A DNA stretch of 63,145 nt, counting the filler, from Asterionella formosa (lineage: Eukaryota), in the NCBI GenBank assembly GCA_002256025.1. It is 8 parts of 8 records of this genome, joined end to end, with 100 filler letters (N's around TTAATTAATTAA, not from the genome) between each part and the next. Parts side by side here need not be neighbours in the genome. Positions count along the whole stretch, not along the records: positions 61,535 to 63,145 come from NKIB01001751.1; 7 more parts are not named here. The stretch is one strand, 5' to 3'. The position numbers and the translations under genes were made by a program. Shown in pieces: positions 61,535 through 63,145 of this stretch. The notes below the pieces were generated by a model, which was not told the origin of the DNA, did not search any database, and worked only from the letters and a program-made list of their open reading frames with translations. Position 1 is the stretch's first letter. Every line of letters starts with the position of its first letter.

Positions 61535-63145
61535 GAACACTTGATCCAATTTGGACGAATTGGATATGTCACCATAAGAACTCCTGTGAATAAGCTTGAT
61601 GATAAAGCAATTAAATGTGTCATGATTGGATACTCTGAAAACCAGTCAGGTGATACCTACCGACTCTTTAACCCTATAACCAAGAAGGTGATTCAGAGCC
61701 GTGATGTAAAATGGATTGAATGGCATGGAGAAACGAAACCTACTAATGATCTGACCATGTTCAAGACTGGGATTGATGAAATTGAGTTTGAGGAGGAACT
61801 TGAACAACCTGTTGCACCAACTCCGACTGTCATCCCAGATGATGAGACTGGATCACTTTCGACTCTTAATGACTTGCAGGTCTCTGAAGTAGGGAGGAAT
61901 GAAGCTTCAAATACTTCAAAACCTGCTATTACAAGAGCTGAATGAGAGCTCAAGAAACTTGGTCATGAAACTGCTCCAACGATGTTTACACTACGTTCTG
62001 GAAGATTGCATACTATTGTAGATGATGATGATGATCTGGATTCTAAGCCTACTTCATCCATGGAGGTTCATAACATCTACAGCTCTACACTTGCATCAGA
62101 TCCAGGTGAACCCAAGACCTACAGTGCGGCACTGAAAGCAGATGACAGAGAAAAATGGATTCCAGCAATCAAAAGTGAAATTAATAATGTTATAAAACGA
62201 AAAGTCTGGTCAAAATTCCCAAGATCAGAATTGCATGGACGCAAGCCGCTTGGGAGTCAATGGGTCTTCAAGAAAAAGAAGAAACAAGACTTGACTACAC
62301 GCTATAAGGCACGTGTGGTTGTCAAGGGATATGTTCAAATCCCCGGTGTTGATTTTACCGACTCGTTTGCACCTGTGGCTACGAATACAAGTATCAGAGT
62401 TGTCTTTGCAATCACCATGCACAAGAAGACATGGACTTTGGAGGCCATTGACGTCGAAGCATCCTTTCTTGAAGGAGACTTAGAGGAAGACATCTACCTT
62501 GAATGGCCTGAAGGCGTTGTTGAGTTTGGCTTTGAAGACAACAAGGTTGTCTCAGAAAATTGTATTCTTCTAAGTAAAGCCATGTATGGAACGGTGCAGG
62601 CTGCGCAACAGTGGTACAAGAAACTTGTGGAGCGTCTGATTCTCATTGGAATGAAACAGAGCAAAGTGGATCCATGCATTTTCTTCTTGAAACGTGATTT
62701 GAAATTGGTTCTAATTTTTTGTATCTTTGTTGATGAACTGCATTGTTGCAGGAGAACAAGCCGATGTTGACTGGCTTAAGGCTGAAGCCAAGAAGCATTT
62801 CACCATAAAGGAACTCGGACCAATCAAGAAACATTTAGGAGTTTGGTATGACTGGGGAGAGGATGCTGATGGAAGATTTCTTGAATCTACTATGGAGGTT
62901 TTCGTTGAAGGAATGTTTGAAGACTATAAGAATCTCTTTGGATGTTATCCCGCAATTGCACCAACTCCCGAATTGCCAGGTACAAGTTTGTCCAAGAATG
63001 ATGCCCACACTGTTCTACATGGTGAATACAGATCCATGGTTGGAAAAATCTTATACTTCGTAAAGAAGATATCTCCAATTTGTGCCAATGCATGTCGAGA
63101 ATTGTCTCAGCATCTGGAGAATCCAGGAGAGGCTCATTGGAAGGC
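61535..63145 (+). mobile_element. Degenerate Ty1/Copia pol (post-integrase SH3-like region, RT)
   Basis: KLDDKAIKCVMIGY, EPKTY..AL, YKARVVVKGY.QIPGVDF, DVEASFL, KAMYG, KHLGV; stop at 61943 and a frameshift near FVDE. Confidence 0.92.

Overview
Eukaryotic draft-assembly scaffold, very probably from a diatom. Evidence: short GT-AG introns, bipartite ASAF-type plastid presequences, CoDi-like Copia elements and diatom-type Cys-rich and TPR-like families. Many gaps contain an artificial TTAATTAATTAA linker. About 17 host genes sit as islands between AT-rich tracts of decayed transposons. They include a trypsin-like protease, a Cys-rich membrane protein, PI31, CCB2/4, RPAP1, a TPR-like protein, UBA1, a GT4 glycosyltransferase, a methyltransferase, an SDR, plastid chorismate mutase, GLE1, COG4 (twice, probably two haplotypes) and a MAPR cytochrome b5-like protein. 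The transposon tracts contain Copia pol/LTRs, CoDi gag-protease, a Gypsy integrase, Zator-like, pogo-like and Transib/RAG1-like remnants, MITEs and fold-back hairpins. No prokaryote-style system (CRISPR, operon) is present, and I cannot demonstrate a wholly new system. The best leads are: chains of TA-CC(W)GG-TA palindromes that may be iterated transposon footprints, a cluster of fold-back hairpins at 18.6-20.0 kb, a RAG1/Transib-like relic, and GLE1 with an FG-like tail. All family calls come from motif recognition by eye, not from database searches.
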